Shown here: positions 1 through 9,077 of the stretch, piece after piece
Numbering within the stretch: the stretch's first letter is position 1
How the letters are laid out: every line of letters begins with the position of its first letter
Virus record (IMG/VR): IMGVR_UViG_3300042562_001169
Direction: 5' to 3' (one strand)
DNA from: a virus
Taxonomy: Duplodnaviria > Heunggongvirae > Uroviricota > Caudoviricetes
Length of the DNA stretch: 45,523 nt
Program-made: the position numbers and the translations under genes
Notes under the pieces: generated by a model
The model's database searches: none
The model's input: the letters and a program-made list of their open reading frames with translations, nothing else
What the model was told of the DNA's origin: nothing

Positions 1-51
1 AAAAAGTAAAACATATTGATTTTTTATCTGAGTATAGTATATTTATTACCA

Positions 52-96
52 ATGACGAGATACAAACTATACACGCCGAACAATTATATTACTTAA
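52..96 (+). CDS. Putative attenuator leader peptide MTRYKLYTPNNYIT (14 aa, tandem Asn codons AAC AAT)
   Basis: ATG 52, TAA 94-96, followed immediately by a terminator hairpin and then the AsnRS-like gene. Confidence 0.6.
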   Translation: MTRYKLYTPNNYIT

Positions 97-101
97 CAAG
101 T

Positions 102-133
102 AAGTCCCTATTTTATTTTAGGGACTTTTTTTT
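102..133 (+). terminator. Intrinsic terminator / attenuator in the 5' leader of the AsnRS-like gene
   Basis: AAGTCCCTA (102-110) pairs with TAGGGACTT (119-127); T-run to 133. Confidence 0.85.
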
Positions 134-169
134 GCCCATACGTAAACAATTAAAATTAAATATAAAACT

Positions 170-997
170 ATGAAACAAACAAAAACTTACCACGAATTGG
201 TACAAAAAATGAGAACGTTCTTTGTAAACAAGAACTTTATTGAGGTTCCATCTCAATCACGATTATCTATTTTAGCTGCTTGCGAAAATCCACATTCAGT
301 TAAAACATTTGAATATGGAGGTGAAATTTGGCCGTTACCACAGACAGGACAAATGTGGTTGGAATATGAATTATTGAAAAATCCTGAATGGGACGGTGTA
401 TTCTGTATATCAACATCATACAGAGAAGAGAAAAATCCAATCCCGGGTCGTCACGAATTAATCTTCCCAATGTTTGAATTTGAATCAAAAGGAACGATGG
501 AAGATTTGGTTGCATTAGAACTTGAATTGTTACAATTCTTAGGATTTGATTCACCGGTTGAGGTAAACTATGAAGATGTGTGTAAAGAATACGGTGGTGT
601 ATCCATTTTAGAGGACGAACACGAATCAAGAATGTGGAAAGAAAAAAGTGAGGTTATTTCATTACAAAACTTCCCAATTAGAACAAACCCATTTTGGAAT
701 ATGAAACATAATTCAGATAACATCTTCAATAAGGTTGACGTAATCCTTTTTGGGCAAGAAACAATTGGTTCAGCTGAGAGAAGTTGTGATGTTGTTAAGA
801 TGAGAGAGATGTTCTATACCATAGAAAATGGTGGTTACTCTCAGAAACTATTTGAATTATTTGGGAAAGATAGAGTTGAGAAAGAATTGGAAGAATTCTT
901 ATCTTTGGACTTCTTCCCACGTTTTGGTGCGGGGATTGGTCTAACAAGATTGGCGAGAGCTTACAATATAAATAAAGAATTAGTTGAGACATATTAA
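170..997 (+). CDS. Class IIb aminoacyl-tRNA synthetase catalytic-core protein lacking the anticodon-binding domain (AsnRS-like; probable asparagine synthetase of the archaeal AS-AR type)
   Basis: Motif 2-like YREEKNPIPGRHELIFPMFEFE, motif 3-like PRFGAGIGLTRL, ETIGSAER; 275 aa, no OB fold. Confidence 0.8.
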   Translation: MKQTKTYHELVQKMRTFFVNKNFIEVPSQSRLSILAACENPHSVKTFEYGGEIWPLPQTGQMWLEYELLKNPEWDGVFCISTSYREEKNPIPGRHELIFPMFEFESKGTMEDLVALELELLQFLGFDSPVEVNYEDVCKEYGGVSILEDEHESRMWKEKSEVISLQNFPIRTNPFWNMKHNSDNIFNKVDVILFGQETIGSAERSCDVVKMREMFYTIENGGYSQKLFELFGKDRVEKELEEFLSLDFFPRFGAGIGLTRLARAYNINKELVETY

Positions 998-1017
998 AAT
1001 GAATAGTATTTATTACT

Positions 1018-1215
1018 ATGAAGAAATTTTTAACATTTTTAATAATATGGATTGGTAGTAATTTGGCAGTACCTTTTTGGGTTGTTGGTCACGTTCATTT
1101 AAGTTTGAATATCTATAAAGATATTTATGAAATCTTGGCTTCTTGTGGTATGAACATATTAGTTTTGTTGGCTTTTTGGTTTGAATGGAAAAAAGAGAAA
1201 AAAAAAGAAAATTAA
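1018..1215 (+). CDS. Small two-TM membrane protein
   Basis: Two hydrophobic segments, basic C-terminus. Confidence 0.7.
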   Translation: MKKFLTFLIIWIGSNLAVPFWVVGHVHLSLNIYKDIYEILASCGMNILVLLAFWFEWKKEKKKEN

Positions 1216-1216
1216 T

Positions 1217-1247
1217 TTTGAAATGTCATAAAGATTATTTAATTTTG
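1217..1247 (+). promoter_or_regulatory. Bacteroidota-type primary sigma promoter
   Basis: TTTG 1217-1220, 19-nt spacer, TAATTTTG 1240-1247. Confidence 0.6.
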
Positions 1248-1251
1248 TCCT

Positions 1252-1431
1252 ATGAGTAAAGTAGTAAAAGAAATAGGGAAAAAATGGGAACAAGTTTATG
1301 ATGATATAGACGAGACGATTATTTGGAGATACGACACTTCAAAAAGCACATTTGGACCGTATGAGGTCGAAATAAAATATAAACGACCGGTGGTTAAAAC
1401 CAAGAAGGTAATAAGGAAAGTCACAATATAG
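1252..1431 (+). CDS. Hypothetical protein (59 aa, MSKVVKEIGKKWEQ...), below the ORF-track cutoff
   Basis: Open frame between a promoter and a terminator. Confidence 0.65.
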   Translation: MSKVVKEIGKKWEQVYDDIDETIIWRYDTSKSTFGPYEVEIKYKRPVVKTKKVIRKVTI

Positions 1432-1442
1432 TGACTTTTTTT
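1417..1442 (+). terminator. Intrinsic terminator
   Basis: AAAGTCAC/GTGACTTT stem plus T-run. Confidence 0.75.
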
Positions 1443-1465
1443 GGTTTATAAAATATTTATGAATT

Positions 1466-1648
1466 ATGGAACAAACAAGAATGTCAGAAATTAATCAACT
1501 ATTTGAGGAAATTAAAAGTCAAACTAAATTGAAAGAAGTTAAACCTTTATTAGTTGAATTGGAAGAAATAATTACCAAAAAAGAGGAATCAAATCAAAAT
1601 AAAGTTATCCAACTACAACAGGAAATCAATCGACTTAGTCATCTGTAA
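1466..1648 (+). CDS. Hypothetical coiled-coil protein
   Basis: 60 aa ORF, TATTTAT motif at 1454-1460. Confidence 0.6.
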   Translation: MEQTRMSEINQLFEEIKSQTKLKEVKPLLVELEEIITKKEESNQNKVIQLQQEINRLSHL

Positions 1649-1890
1649 CATCCGGTGATAATTCTACACCAAAAACTAATAACTCCACAACACCAAATTA
1701 TAATAACTCCACAAGGAATCAGGTTGGGTATACCCATAATTCACAACTTCAGGGGTATAATAATCAAATTTCACCAATTATACCTAATTTTCACGGTTTA
1801 CCAATATAACACAAAAAAAAATAAAAGAAATAGTTAATACAATTATTTGTTGATATTTATTAGTAACCAAATCTATAAAACACAACAATT

Positions 1891-3012
1891 ATGAAAAACC
1901 TATCAAAAGAAGAATTATTAAGCCGTCTTGAGGCAATTAACAGAAGTAATGCTATTATTTATTTCGATTTATCGGGAATTATATTAGGTGTTAATGACAT
2001 TTTTTTGGTGGCAATGGGGTATGGAATCGGTAATCACGATGAACTTATTGGTAAACACCATAGTACTTTTGTATGTGAAGAATATGCAAAGTCACCTGAA
2101 TATGAAAAATTTTGGGACATATTAAGAAGTGGTAAGTACTACCAGGGAGAATTTGAAAGGAGAAGAAAAGATAGAAGTCTTATAAATCTTCAAGCGACTT
2201 ATAATCCTATTTTTGATGATAGTGGTAAGATTACTAAAATAATGAAAATCGCTACTGACATTACGTCAATTGTTGATAGCAAGAAACAAATAGACGCAAT
2301 TAACCGAAGTACTGCTCTTATTAATTTTAATACAGATGGATTTATATTAGATGTAAATTCTATATTTTTAGAAACTATGGGGTATAAACCCAACGAAAAA
2401 AATAATTTAATAGGGAAACATCACAGTGTTTTTGTAAGTTACGAGTATTCAAAGTCCGATGAGTATATTAAGTTTTGGGAAAATCTAAGAAAGGGTAAGT
2501 TTTTTGATGGAATATTTGAAAGAAGAAAAGTAGATGGTTCTATTGTTTATTTACAGGCATCTTATAATCCTGTGGTTGACAGTAAAGGAAATATTACTGA
2601 AGTAGTTAAAATTGCGACAGATATTACTGAGTCAGTAAATAATAAGAAAAAAATAAATGAACTTACGACTAATTTGACAATTGAGTTGGAAAACTCTCAA
2701 AAACTTAAACACTCAATTGAATTAGAAAAAAATGCCGCTCTGAATGATTTAGATGTAGTATTGAAAAAGAGTCAAAATGAGTTAATAAAAATAATTGTTA
2801 AATGTGCATTGGCTGTTATAGTTGGTGTTGGTATTGTGACAACTATGTTATATTGGGTGGCTATTGTGACAAATCAAGATACACAAATTATTGGTTCAAC
2901 TTGGTCAAATATGTTTAGTGTATTATTAACTAACGCATTTTCAATCGTTGGTACAATTATGGGAATTAAATACGCCACGCAGGATGGTAGTAATAAACCC
3001 TCAAGTAATTAA
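1891..3012 (+). CDS. Tandem PAS-PAC sensor protein with coiled coil and C-terminal two-TM hairpin
   Basis: Two repeats of AINRS..I.F...G.IL..N..FL..MGY....IGKHHS.FV...FW..LR.G....G.FERR.....I.LQA.YNP..D..G.I....KIATDIT, as in PAS chemoreceptors; no MCP signalling domain. Confidence 0.9.
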   Translation: MKNLSKEELLSRLEAINRSNAIIYFDLSGIILGVNDIFLVAMGYGIGNHDELIGKHHSTFVCEEYAKSPEYEKFWDILRSGKYYQGEFERRRKDRSLINLQATYNPIFDDSGKITKIMKIATDITSIVDSKKQIDAINRSTALINFNTDGFILDVNSIFLETMGYKPNEKNNLIGKHHSVFVSYEYSKSDEYIKFWENLRKGKFFDGIFERRKVDGSIVYLQASYNPVVDSKGNITEVVKIATDITESVNNKKKINELTTNLTIELENSQKLKHSIELEKNAALNDLDVVLKKSQNELIKIIVKCALAVIVGVGIVTTMLYWVAIVTNQDTQIIGSTWSNMFSVLLTNAFSIVGTIMGIKYATQDGSNKPSSN

Positions 3013-3087
3013 AATTTACCACAAATAACTAAAATTGAATTGTCTTTGATATTTATATTAATAAACTAATTAAATATCAAAGACAAT

Positions 3088-3912
3088 ATGTTATTAAAAG
3101 TAGGGTCGAAAGGTGACGACGTAAAAAAACTACAAACAAAATTAGGGACAACCTCTGATGGTAATTTTGGTCCCGGTACCGAGAAATTGGTTAAAGAATG
3201 GCAAACCAAAAACGGATTAACTGCTGACGGAATAGTTGGTGAAGGAACTTGGAAAAAAATGTTTCCGGGTGAGATAATCAAAGAAGATGTTGTGATTCCA
3301 ACAGGTGGTCCATTTAAATTAGAAAAATTAAAAGGACATATCCCTGAATCAGTAATTGCTCAGATTCCGGACACAGCAAAAAAATTCAACATTACTAATC
3401 CATTAAGATTAGCTCACTTCTTAGCTCAATGTGGTCACGAATCAGGTGGATTCAAATCAGTGTCGGAAAACTTAAATTATTCAGCAAAAGGTTTAAAAGA
3501 CACATTTAAAAAATATTTTATAAGTGAAGCTGCGGCAACACCTTACGCAAAAAACCCTGAAAAAATCGCATCAAAAGTATATGGTGGAAGAATGGGTAAT
3601 GGTGATGAATCTACAAAGGAAGGTTATAAATTCAGAGGTAGAGGATATATCCAATTAACTGGTAAAGACAACTATAAAAATTTCACTAAATTCATCGGAG
3701 AAGATTGTATTGGAAATCCTGATTTAGTTGCAACAAAATATCCGTTAGCGTCTGCGGCATTCTTCTTTGACTCAAATAAATTATGGTCTATTTGTGATAA
3801 AGGCTCGGATGATGCTACGGTAACGTCGGTTACTAAAAGAGTAAATGGTGGAACCATTGGTTTACCTGACAGAATTAAACACTTTAAAGAATATTATAAC
3901 TTATTAAAATAA
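3088..3912 (+). CDS. Endolysin: N-terminal peptidoglycan-binding domain plus GH19 (chitinase-class) domain
   Basis: LLKVGSKGDDVKKLQTKLG..DG.FG..TE..VK.WQ..NGL.ADGIVG; RLAHFLAQCGHESGG, FRGRGYIQLTG, VTKRVNGG. Confidence 0.95.
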   Translation: MLLKVGSKGDDVKKLQTKLGTTSDGNFGPGTEKLVKEWQTKNGLTADGIVGEGTWKKMFPGEIIKEDVVIPTGGPFKLEKLKGHIPESVIAQIPDTAKKFNITNPLRLAHFLAQCGHESGGFKSVSENLNYSAKGLKDTFKKYFISEAAATPYAKNPEKIASKVYGGRMGNGDESTKEGYKFRGRGYIQLTGKDNYKNFTKFIGEDCIGNPDLVATKYPLASAAFFFDSNKLWSICDKGSDDATVTSVTKRVNGGTIGLPDRIKHFKEYYNLLK

Positions 3913-3955
3913 TTTTATATATTTACGGTATATTTATAATAAAAAACAATTAAAA

Positions 3956-4834
3956 ATGAATAAGAAATTAATTAAAGAAGACATTGCAAATATGAAATAC
4001 CTTTTTGGTTATAAACCGGGAAGAGTTATTTCTGAACAAGATATTGATTACACTACTGACGATTATTTAGATACTAACGACACTGAATTAGAAGAAAGTA
4101 ACCCATTCAAAATTGGTGGGGGATTTGAAGATTACAATTTCCCTGATAAATTAAAAGATAGATTAAGTGACATTTATGATTTATTAGATGAAGTAATGGA
4201 AGACCCGGATAACGACCCATCTGATTATTCAGATATGTATGATTTTGCGGGTGTAATAATTAGTCAAGTCTTAAATAAATTACGTGATGAATTTGGTGAG
4301 GATTTTGAAGAATACGAAGATGATGTTGATGATTATCTTAGAAATAATGAAGATGAAACAATATTTGATTTTTATAATAGTCGTTCAGGTTTTGACGATG
4401 AAGATGATGAAGATGAATTTGATGAGGATATGAATGAACAATATGACAACCAAAATGGTATGAATTGGGTTCAAAATACTACAATGGATAGACAAAGTCC
4501 AATAGATGATGACAATGATGTTGAAGGGGGTGTGATATCAATCCTTAAAAAACATCGTTTACTTGATAACGTAGTAGAACCGGATGATGCAAGAATATTA
4601 CTTAGAAATCAATCATCTGAAGTTGTTCAAAAGATTTTATCACTTTTACCTTCATTTACTGAATTAGGGTTTTTAGCGTTTATAAATTGTGAATCAGCAG
4701 ATTTTTCTGATGTGGACATTTGTAGTTTACCTAACTTAGCTTTTATAAACTTAAATGGTACTGAAAATAATTTTGAAGAACAAGATTATGAATGTGCTAA
4801 CACAGAAGATTCACCTTTTTATTTCCTTGAATAG
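3956..4834 (+). CDS. Acidic hypothetical protein with a short LRR-like C-terminal segment
   Basis: D/E-rich; LPSFTELGFLAF and LPNLAFINLNG. Confidence 0.8.
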   Translation: MNKKLIKEDIANMKYLFGYKPGRVISEQDIDYTTDDYLDTNDTELEESNPFKIGGGFEDYNFPDKLKDRLSDIYDLLDEVMEDPDNDPSDYSDMYDFAGVIISQVLNKLRDEFGEDFEEYEDDVDDYLRNNEDETIFDFYNSRSGFDDEDDEDEFDEDMNEQYDNQNGMNWVQNTTMDRQSPIDDDNDVEGGVISILKKHRLLDNVVEPDDARILLRNQSSEVVQKILSLLPSFTELGFLAFINCESADFSDVDICSLPNLAFINLNGTENNFEEQDYECANTEDSPFYFLE

Positions 4835-4847
4835 ATATTAAAAAAAT

Positions 4848-4873
4848 AAAACCCCCAATTTAGGGGGTTTTTT
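4848..4873. terminator. Bidirectional terminator between convergent genes
   Basis: AAAACCCCC/GGGGGTTTT with A and T tracts. Confidence 0.85.
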
Positions 4874-4875
4874 AT

Positions 4876-5568
4876 TTAAGATAAGTCTTTGGACATATTG
4901 ATTGCAGCTTGTAAAGCCATTCCCATATCCTCAATTACTAATTTACCACGTTTCTTATATGGTATAACATAAGATATACCGGATTCTCTCATCCATTTTT
5001 TATCTAACTTGTCAGATTTACCATATAATTCAAGATACTTATATTCCCAACCAGCCCATTCCCACTCTTCGTAGTCTTCTTCTTTTGGTTTATAGTCGGC
5101 ATCAAATAATCTATCCCCAATTTTAAATGTTTGACCTCCTCTGTGTGTATATCCGTGGTAACCAATTAGTTTATTATTATCGTCATATACTTCAGCAACT
5201 CCGTGAGGATATTCCTCACAAACTTTCATTTTGTTTTGGTAATACCACCAACCACGTTCAATATCACCAACATATTCATCATCTTTGGTTAAAAATGAAT
5301 TTGGTAAATGTTGTTCTCTTTTTAATTCTGGGGTATCTCCAAAATAATGAGAACCAATTTTTCCTCCGGTATATTTTTGTATAAAATAAATACATTCCGG
5401 ATTTATTAACCACCCATTTAAATCTCGGTGTGGAGTAATTCGGGACACTAGTTTTGTGAAACCTAAATTAATGTGAATTTTGTTTAATTTAGATTTTCCG
5501 GTATATTCAGGGTATTTTTCAAACTTTAATTTGATTTTCCCAATGTAGGGAGTTGTATTTTTTATCAT
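4876..5568 (-). CDS. Hypothetical protein (likely start 5568, MIKNTTPY)
   Basis: Long minus-strand ORF; the extension to 5643 overlaps the opposite gene. Confidence 0.75.
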   Translation of the reverse strand: MIKNTTPYIGKIKLKFEKYPEYTGKSKLNKIHINLGFTKLVSRITPHRDLNGWLINPECIYFIQKYTGGKIGSHYFGDTPELKREQHLPNSFLTKDDEYVGDIERGWWYYQNKMKVCEEYPHGVAEVYDDNNKLIGYHGYTHRGGQTFKIGDRLFDADYKPKEEDYEEWEWAGWEYKYLELYGKSDKLDKKWMRESGISYVIPYKKRGKLVIEDMGMALQAAINMSKDLS

Positions 5569-5616
5569 AATATAAAATTTTATGTAATGATATGAAATTT
5601 CAAAGTATTTATCAAT

Positions 5617-5856
5617 ATGAAAATTAGAATAACTGAATCGCAAATAAAAAAAATCGAAGAAGGTATCTTTTGGGATGAGGAGAACTTAAATGCGTTAAAA
5701 GGTATTACGGGAACCAAACAACAAAAAGAAGTCTTTAATGTTGAGGTAATAGAACCATTTTCAATAACATTGACGGATTCAATTCAATATCATAGATTAG
5801 TTTATATATTAAGAACAAATGGTGTTAAATTTAAAGCTAAGGTTGATAAAATATGA
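5617..5856 (+). CDS. Hypothetical protein with MKIRITESQ N-terminus
   Basis: ORF plus TATTTAT at 5606-5612. Confidence 0.75.
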   Translation: MKIRITESQIKKIEEGIFWDEENLNALKGITGTKQQKEVFNVEVIEPFSITLTDSIQYHRLVYILRTNGVKFKAKVDKI

Positions 5857-6311
5857 AACTAATAATTACAGAAAGTCAGTATAGAAAAATAATCAAAGAA
5901 GATACTCAATTAGAATACACTAGTGAATTTTTGGATGGTGTTACGGTTGTTGTGGTATTTGAGGATGACCCATTATACGAACAAGTTAAAGGATACTTTG
6001 AGGAGTATGGGTTTGGGTTTATGGTTCCCGGTAAGAATTTAATCATTATTGATGGTGAAATATTAGTGGGACAACCGGACGCTAAAAGTGTTTTAAAATT
6101 TATTGAAGCTCACGAGGTTACCCACGTATTATTAAGTCACGATGGTCCAAGAGATGAGAAAGATGAGTTGGAGGCTGACTTGGGAGCTTACCTATTATTA
6201 CAAGATAAAGGATATTACGAATCAATCCGAACATTACTAGACCACTTCCAAGAAAGACACGGAGTTGAGTTTGATGAGAGTATGTTGGACGATATAAAAA
6301 ATAGAATGTAA
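5853..6311 (+). CDS. Zincin-like protein (HEVTH) with MKLIITESQ N-terminus
   Basis: AHEVTH followed by ELEAD third-ligand-like Glu. Confidence 0.7.
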   Translation: MKLIITESQYRKIIKEDTQLEYTSEFLDGVTVVVVFEDDPLYEQVKGYFEEYGFGFMVPGKNLIIIDGEILVGQPDAKSVLKFIEAHEVTHVLLSHDGPRDEKDELEADLGAYLLLQDKGYYESIRTLLDHFQERHGVEFDESMLDDIKNRM

Positions 6312-6323
6312 AAAAAAACAATT

Positions 6324-6578
6324 ATGACAGAAATAAATTACCCTTCAGAAAAAACGTATTTCATTGGATATAATGAAAACGATGATAATGTTCATTATGG
6401 AATAATAGATGTTGACCAATGTATGGTGACAGGAAAAGAAACCGTTTATACAACAACAGTGGAACAGGAATATATTGACGAATTATTAGTTCATAATATA
6501 ATATATGAAGATACTTTACCAAAATCGTTGGATTTACCTGAAGGTTTATCTGGATTGACTCACACTTTAACAATTTAA
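6324..6578 (+). CDS. Hypothetical protein
   Basis: 84 aa ORF in the operon. Confidence 0.7.
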   Translation: MTEINYPSEKTYFIGYNENDDNVHYGIIDVDQCMVTGKETVYTTTVEQEYIDELLVHNIIYEDTLPKSLDLPEGLSGLTHTLTI

Positions 6579-6605
6579 ACACAATACCTGACAAAATAAC
6601 AAACT

Positions 6606-6630
6606 AACCTGACATCTTGTCAGGTTTTTT
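6606..6630 (+). promoter_or_regulatory. Inverted repeat AACCTGACA-TCT-TGTCAGGTT (terminator and/or operator) upstream of dnaK
   Basis: Perfect 9-bp IR plus T-run; extra CTGACA half-site at 6588. Confidence 0.6.
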
Positions 6631-6665
6631 GTTTTGGCACGATTTTGATAAAATGAGATTTGTGC

Positions 6666-6694
6666 TTGACACATTATAAATTAATATATATACT
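6666..6694 (+). promoter_or_regulatory. Near-consensus sigma70-type promoter for dnaK
   Basis: TTGACA 6666-6671, 17 nt, TATACT 6689-6694. Confidence 0.6.
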
Positions 6695-6714
6695 TTAACA
6701 AAACTTATTAAACT

Positions 6715-8583
6715 ATGGGAAAAATTATTGGAATTGACTTAGGAACAACTAACTCGTGTGTCTCTGTAATGGAGGGTAACGAACCGGTTGTAATAGCAAA
6801 TTCAGAAGGTAAAAGAACAACACCTTCAATCATCGGTTTCATCAACGAAGGAGAAAGAAAAGTTGGTGACCCGGCAAAAAGACAGGCGGTAACCAACCCG
6901 ACTAAAACAATATCATCAATTAAACGATTTATGGGTTCTACCTATGACGAGAGTAAAAACGAAATTGGGAAAGTTCCTTACTCTGTTGTAAACGAAGGTT
7001 CTCAACCAAGAGTTCAGATTGACGATAGAAAATACTCACCACAAGAATTGTCGGCAATCATCTTACAAAAGATGAAACAAACTGCCGAAGATTATTTAGG
7101 TGAATCAGTAACTGATGCGGTAATCACCGTCCCAGCTTACTTTAACGATGCCCAACGTCAGGCTACAAAAGAGGCGGGTGAAATTGCCGGATTAAATGTT
7201 CGTCGTATTATCAACGAACCAACCGCGGCGGCTCTTGCGTATGGACTTGACAAAAAAGGTGATAGTAAAATTGTTGTGTTTGACTGTGGAGGGGGAACTC
7301 ACGACGTGTCTATTCTTGACTTAGGTGGTGGTGTATTTGAGGTATTATCTACCGATGGAGACACACATTTAGGAGGGGACGACTTTGACAGAGTCATTAT
7401 TGATTTCTTGGTTGAAGAATTTAAGAACGATAATGGTGGTTTAGACATCTCAAAAGATGCTATGGCATTACAAAGGTTAAGAGAAGGTGCTGAGAAAGCG
7501 AAGGTTGAATTATCTTCATCACCTCAGACAGAAATCAACTTACCTTATTTAAGTGCTGATGCTACCGGACCAAAACACTTGGTAAAAACATTAACAAGAG
7601 CGAAGTTTGAACAACTTGCGGCTGAGTTAATCAAAAGAACCATTGACCCTTGTAAAACGGCATTGAAAAACGCGAAACTTAAGGTTTCCGATATTGATGA
7701 GATTATCCTTGTTGGTGGAACAACAAGAATCCCGGCAATACAAGATGCGGTTAAGAAGTTCTTTGGTAAAGAACCATCAAAAGGTGTTAATCCGGATGAG
7801 GTAGTTGCGTTAGGTGCGGCTATTCAAGGAGGTGTATTGGCTGGTGATGTGAAAGACGTGTTGTTATTAGACGTAACACCACTTTCATTAGGTATTGAAA
7901 CAATGGGTGGTATTTTAACACGACTTATTGAGGCAAATACCACAATCCCAACCAAAAAGTCACAAGTGTTCTCAACAGCTGTTGATAATCAACCTTCTGT
8001 AGAGATTCACGTCTTACAAGGAGAGAGACCAATGGCAAAAGACAACAGAACGATGGGTAGATTCCATTTAGATGGTTTACCACCATCAATGAGAGGTGTT
8101 CCTCAAATTGAGGTAATCTTTGATATTGACGCGAATGGTATCATCAATGTATCTGCAGTTGACAAATCAACAAACAAAACACAATCAATTAGAATTGAGG
8201 GTTCAACGGGATTATCTCAAGAGGATATTGAAAGAATGAAGGCTGAAGCTGAAGAAAATGCTGAAGCGGACAAAAAACTTAAAGAGGATGTGGACACATT
8301 AAACTCCGCTGACAACCTGATATTCCAAACAGGTAAATCTTTAACGGATTTAGAGGATAAGATTTCTGAAGAACAAAAAACAGAAATAACAACTCTTCTT
8401 GATACCTTGAAAGAATCTCATTCTAATAAAGATGTGGAAAATGTTAAAACGATTATGGAAGAACTTACCCAAAAGTTTCAAACCATCACACAGGAATTAT
8501 ACAATAGTGTAAATGAGAGTGAGACTCCGGAATCAGATATTAACGCTTCTGACGTAGAGTTTGAAGAAGTTAAACCTGAGTAA
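6715..8583 (+). CDS. dnaK: Hsp70 chaperone DnaK
   Basis: [67 protein letters not shown]. Confidence 0.99.
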   Translation: MGKIIGIDLGTTNSCVSVMEGNEPVVIANSEGKRTTPSIIGFINEGERKVGDPAKRQAVTNPTKTISSIKRFMGSTYDESKNEIGKVPYSVVNEGSQPRVQIDDRKYSPQELSAIILQKMKQTAEDYLGESVTDAVITVPAYFNDAQRQATKEAGEIAGLNVRRIINEPTAAALAYGLDKKGDSKIVVFDCGGGTHDVSILDLGGGVFEVLSTDGDTHLGGDDFDRVIIDFLVEEFKNDNGGLDISKDAMALQRLREGAEKAKVELSSSPQTEINLPYLSADATGPKHLVKTLTRAKFEQLAAELIKRTIDPCKTALKNAKLKVSDIDEIILVGGTTRIPAIQDAVKKFFGKEPSKGVNPDEVVALGAAIQGGVLAGDVKDVLLLDVTPLSLGIETMGGILTRLIEANTTIPTKKSQVFSTAVDNQPSVEIHVLQGERPMAKDNRTMGRFHLDGLPPSMRGVPQIEVIFDIDANGIINVSAVDKSTNKTQSIRIEGSTGLSQEDIERMKAEAEENAEADKKLKEDVDTLNSADNLIFQTGKSLTDLEDKISEEQKTEITTLLDTLKESHSNKDVENVKTIMEELTQKFQTITQELYNSVNESETPESDINASDVEFEEVKPE

Positions 8584-8604
8584 CATTTTACGATAATGTT
8601 TTTT

Positions 8605-8635
8605 AATCCCAATAATTTTTTTATTGGGATTTTTT
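8605..8635 (+). terminator. Terminator after dnaK
   Basis: AATCCCAATAA/TTATTGGGATT plus T-run. Confidence 0.85.
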
Positions 8636-8666
8636 GTTTATCTTTGTTCCATAAATAAATAATATT

Positions 8667-9077
8667 ATGAAAGGAATATTGAAAAAAACGACAGGTGGTT
8701 TTTTTGTTTGGTATGATAAACCGGTTGATGAGGTTGCCACGGCATATGACTCACTTCCATTACATCCAAAGGCGACTGAAGGGTGGTCGGTAACGGAACG
8801 AGAAGATTTCTTCAAAAAATTTGTTGGTAAGACAATTGAATTTGAAATTGTTAATGAAACCATTACCGGTGAGTTTAGTTCTATGGGTGGTGGATATACA
8901 AATTACCAAGTTCAGTTAGCTAAACCAATTAAACCAAAATTTGATTGGGAATATTGGAAAAATAGATGTTTGGCTGCCGAACTTTTTATTGAGAAAAGTC
9001 CTTGTGACCCGGATATATATCCAAAACAAATGGAGGCGTATAACGAATGGCAAAAATGGGTAGAAGATGAAAGGTAG
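8667..9077 (+). CDS. Hypothetical protein (MKG.LKK...LPLHP module)
   Basis: N-terminal module shared with the next gene; TATCTTTG at 8639-8646. Confidence 0.8.
   Translation: MKGILKKTTGGFFVWYDKPVDEVATAYDSLPLHPKATEGWSVTEREDFFKKFVGKTIEFEIVNETITGEFSSMGGGYTNYQVQLAKPIKPKFDWEYWKNRCLAAELFIEKSPCDPDIYPKQMEAYNEWQKWVEDER

Noticed and set aside
1649-1837. ORF 1655-1837 as a gene or as TAA readthrough of 1466-1648
   Set aside because: The composition looks like a shadow frame. Other frames give start-less fragments, and a 14-nt direct repeat (TAATAACTCCACAA) suggests a decayed region. Unresolved.
6635-6649. Sigma54 promoter for dnaK
   Set aside because: TGGCAC is present, but the -12 element is TTGA and sits one base too close for GG-N10-GC.
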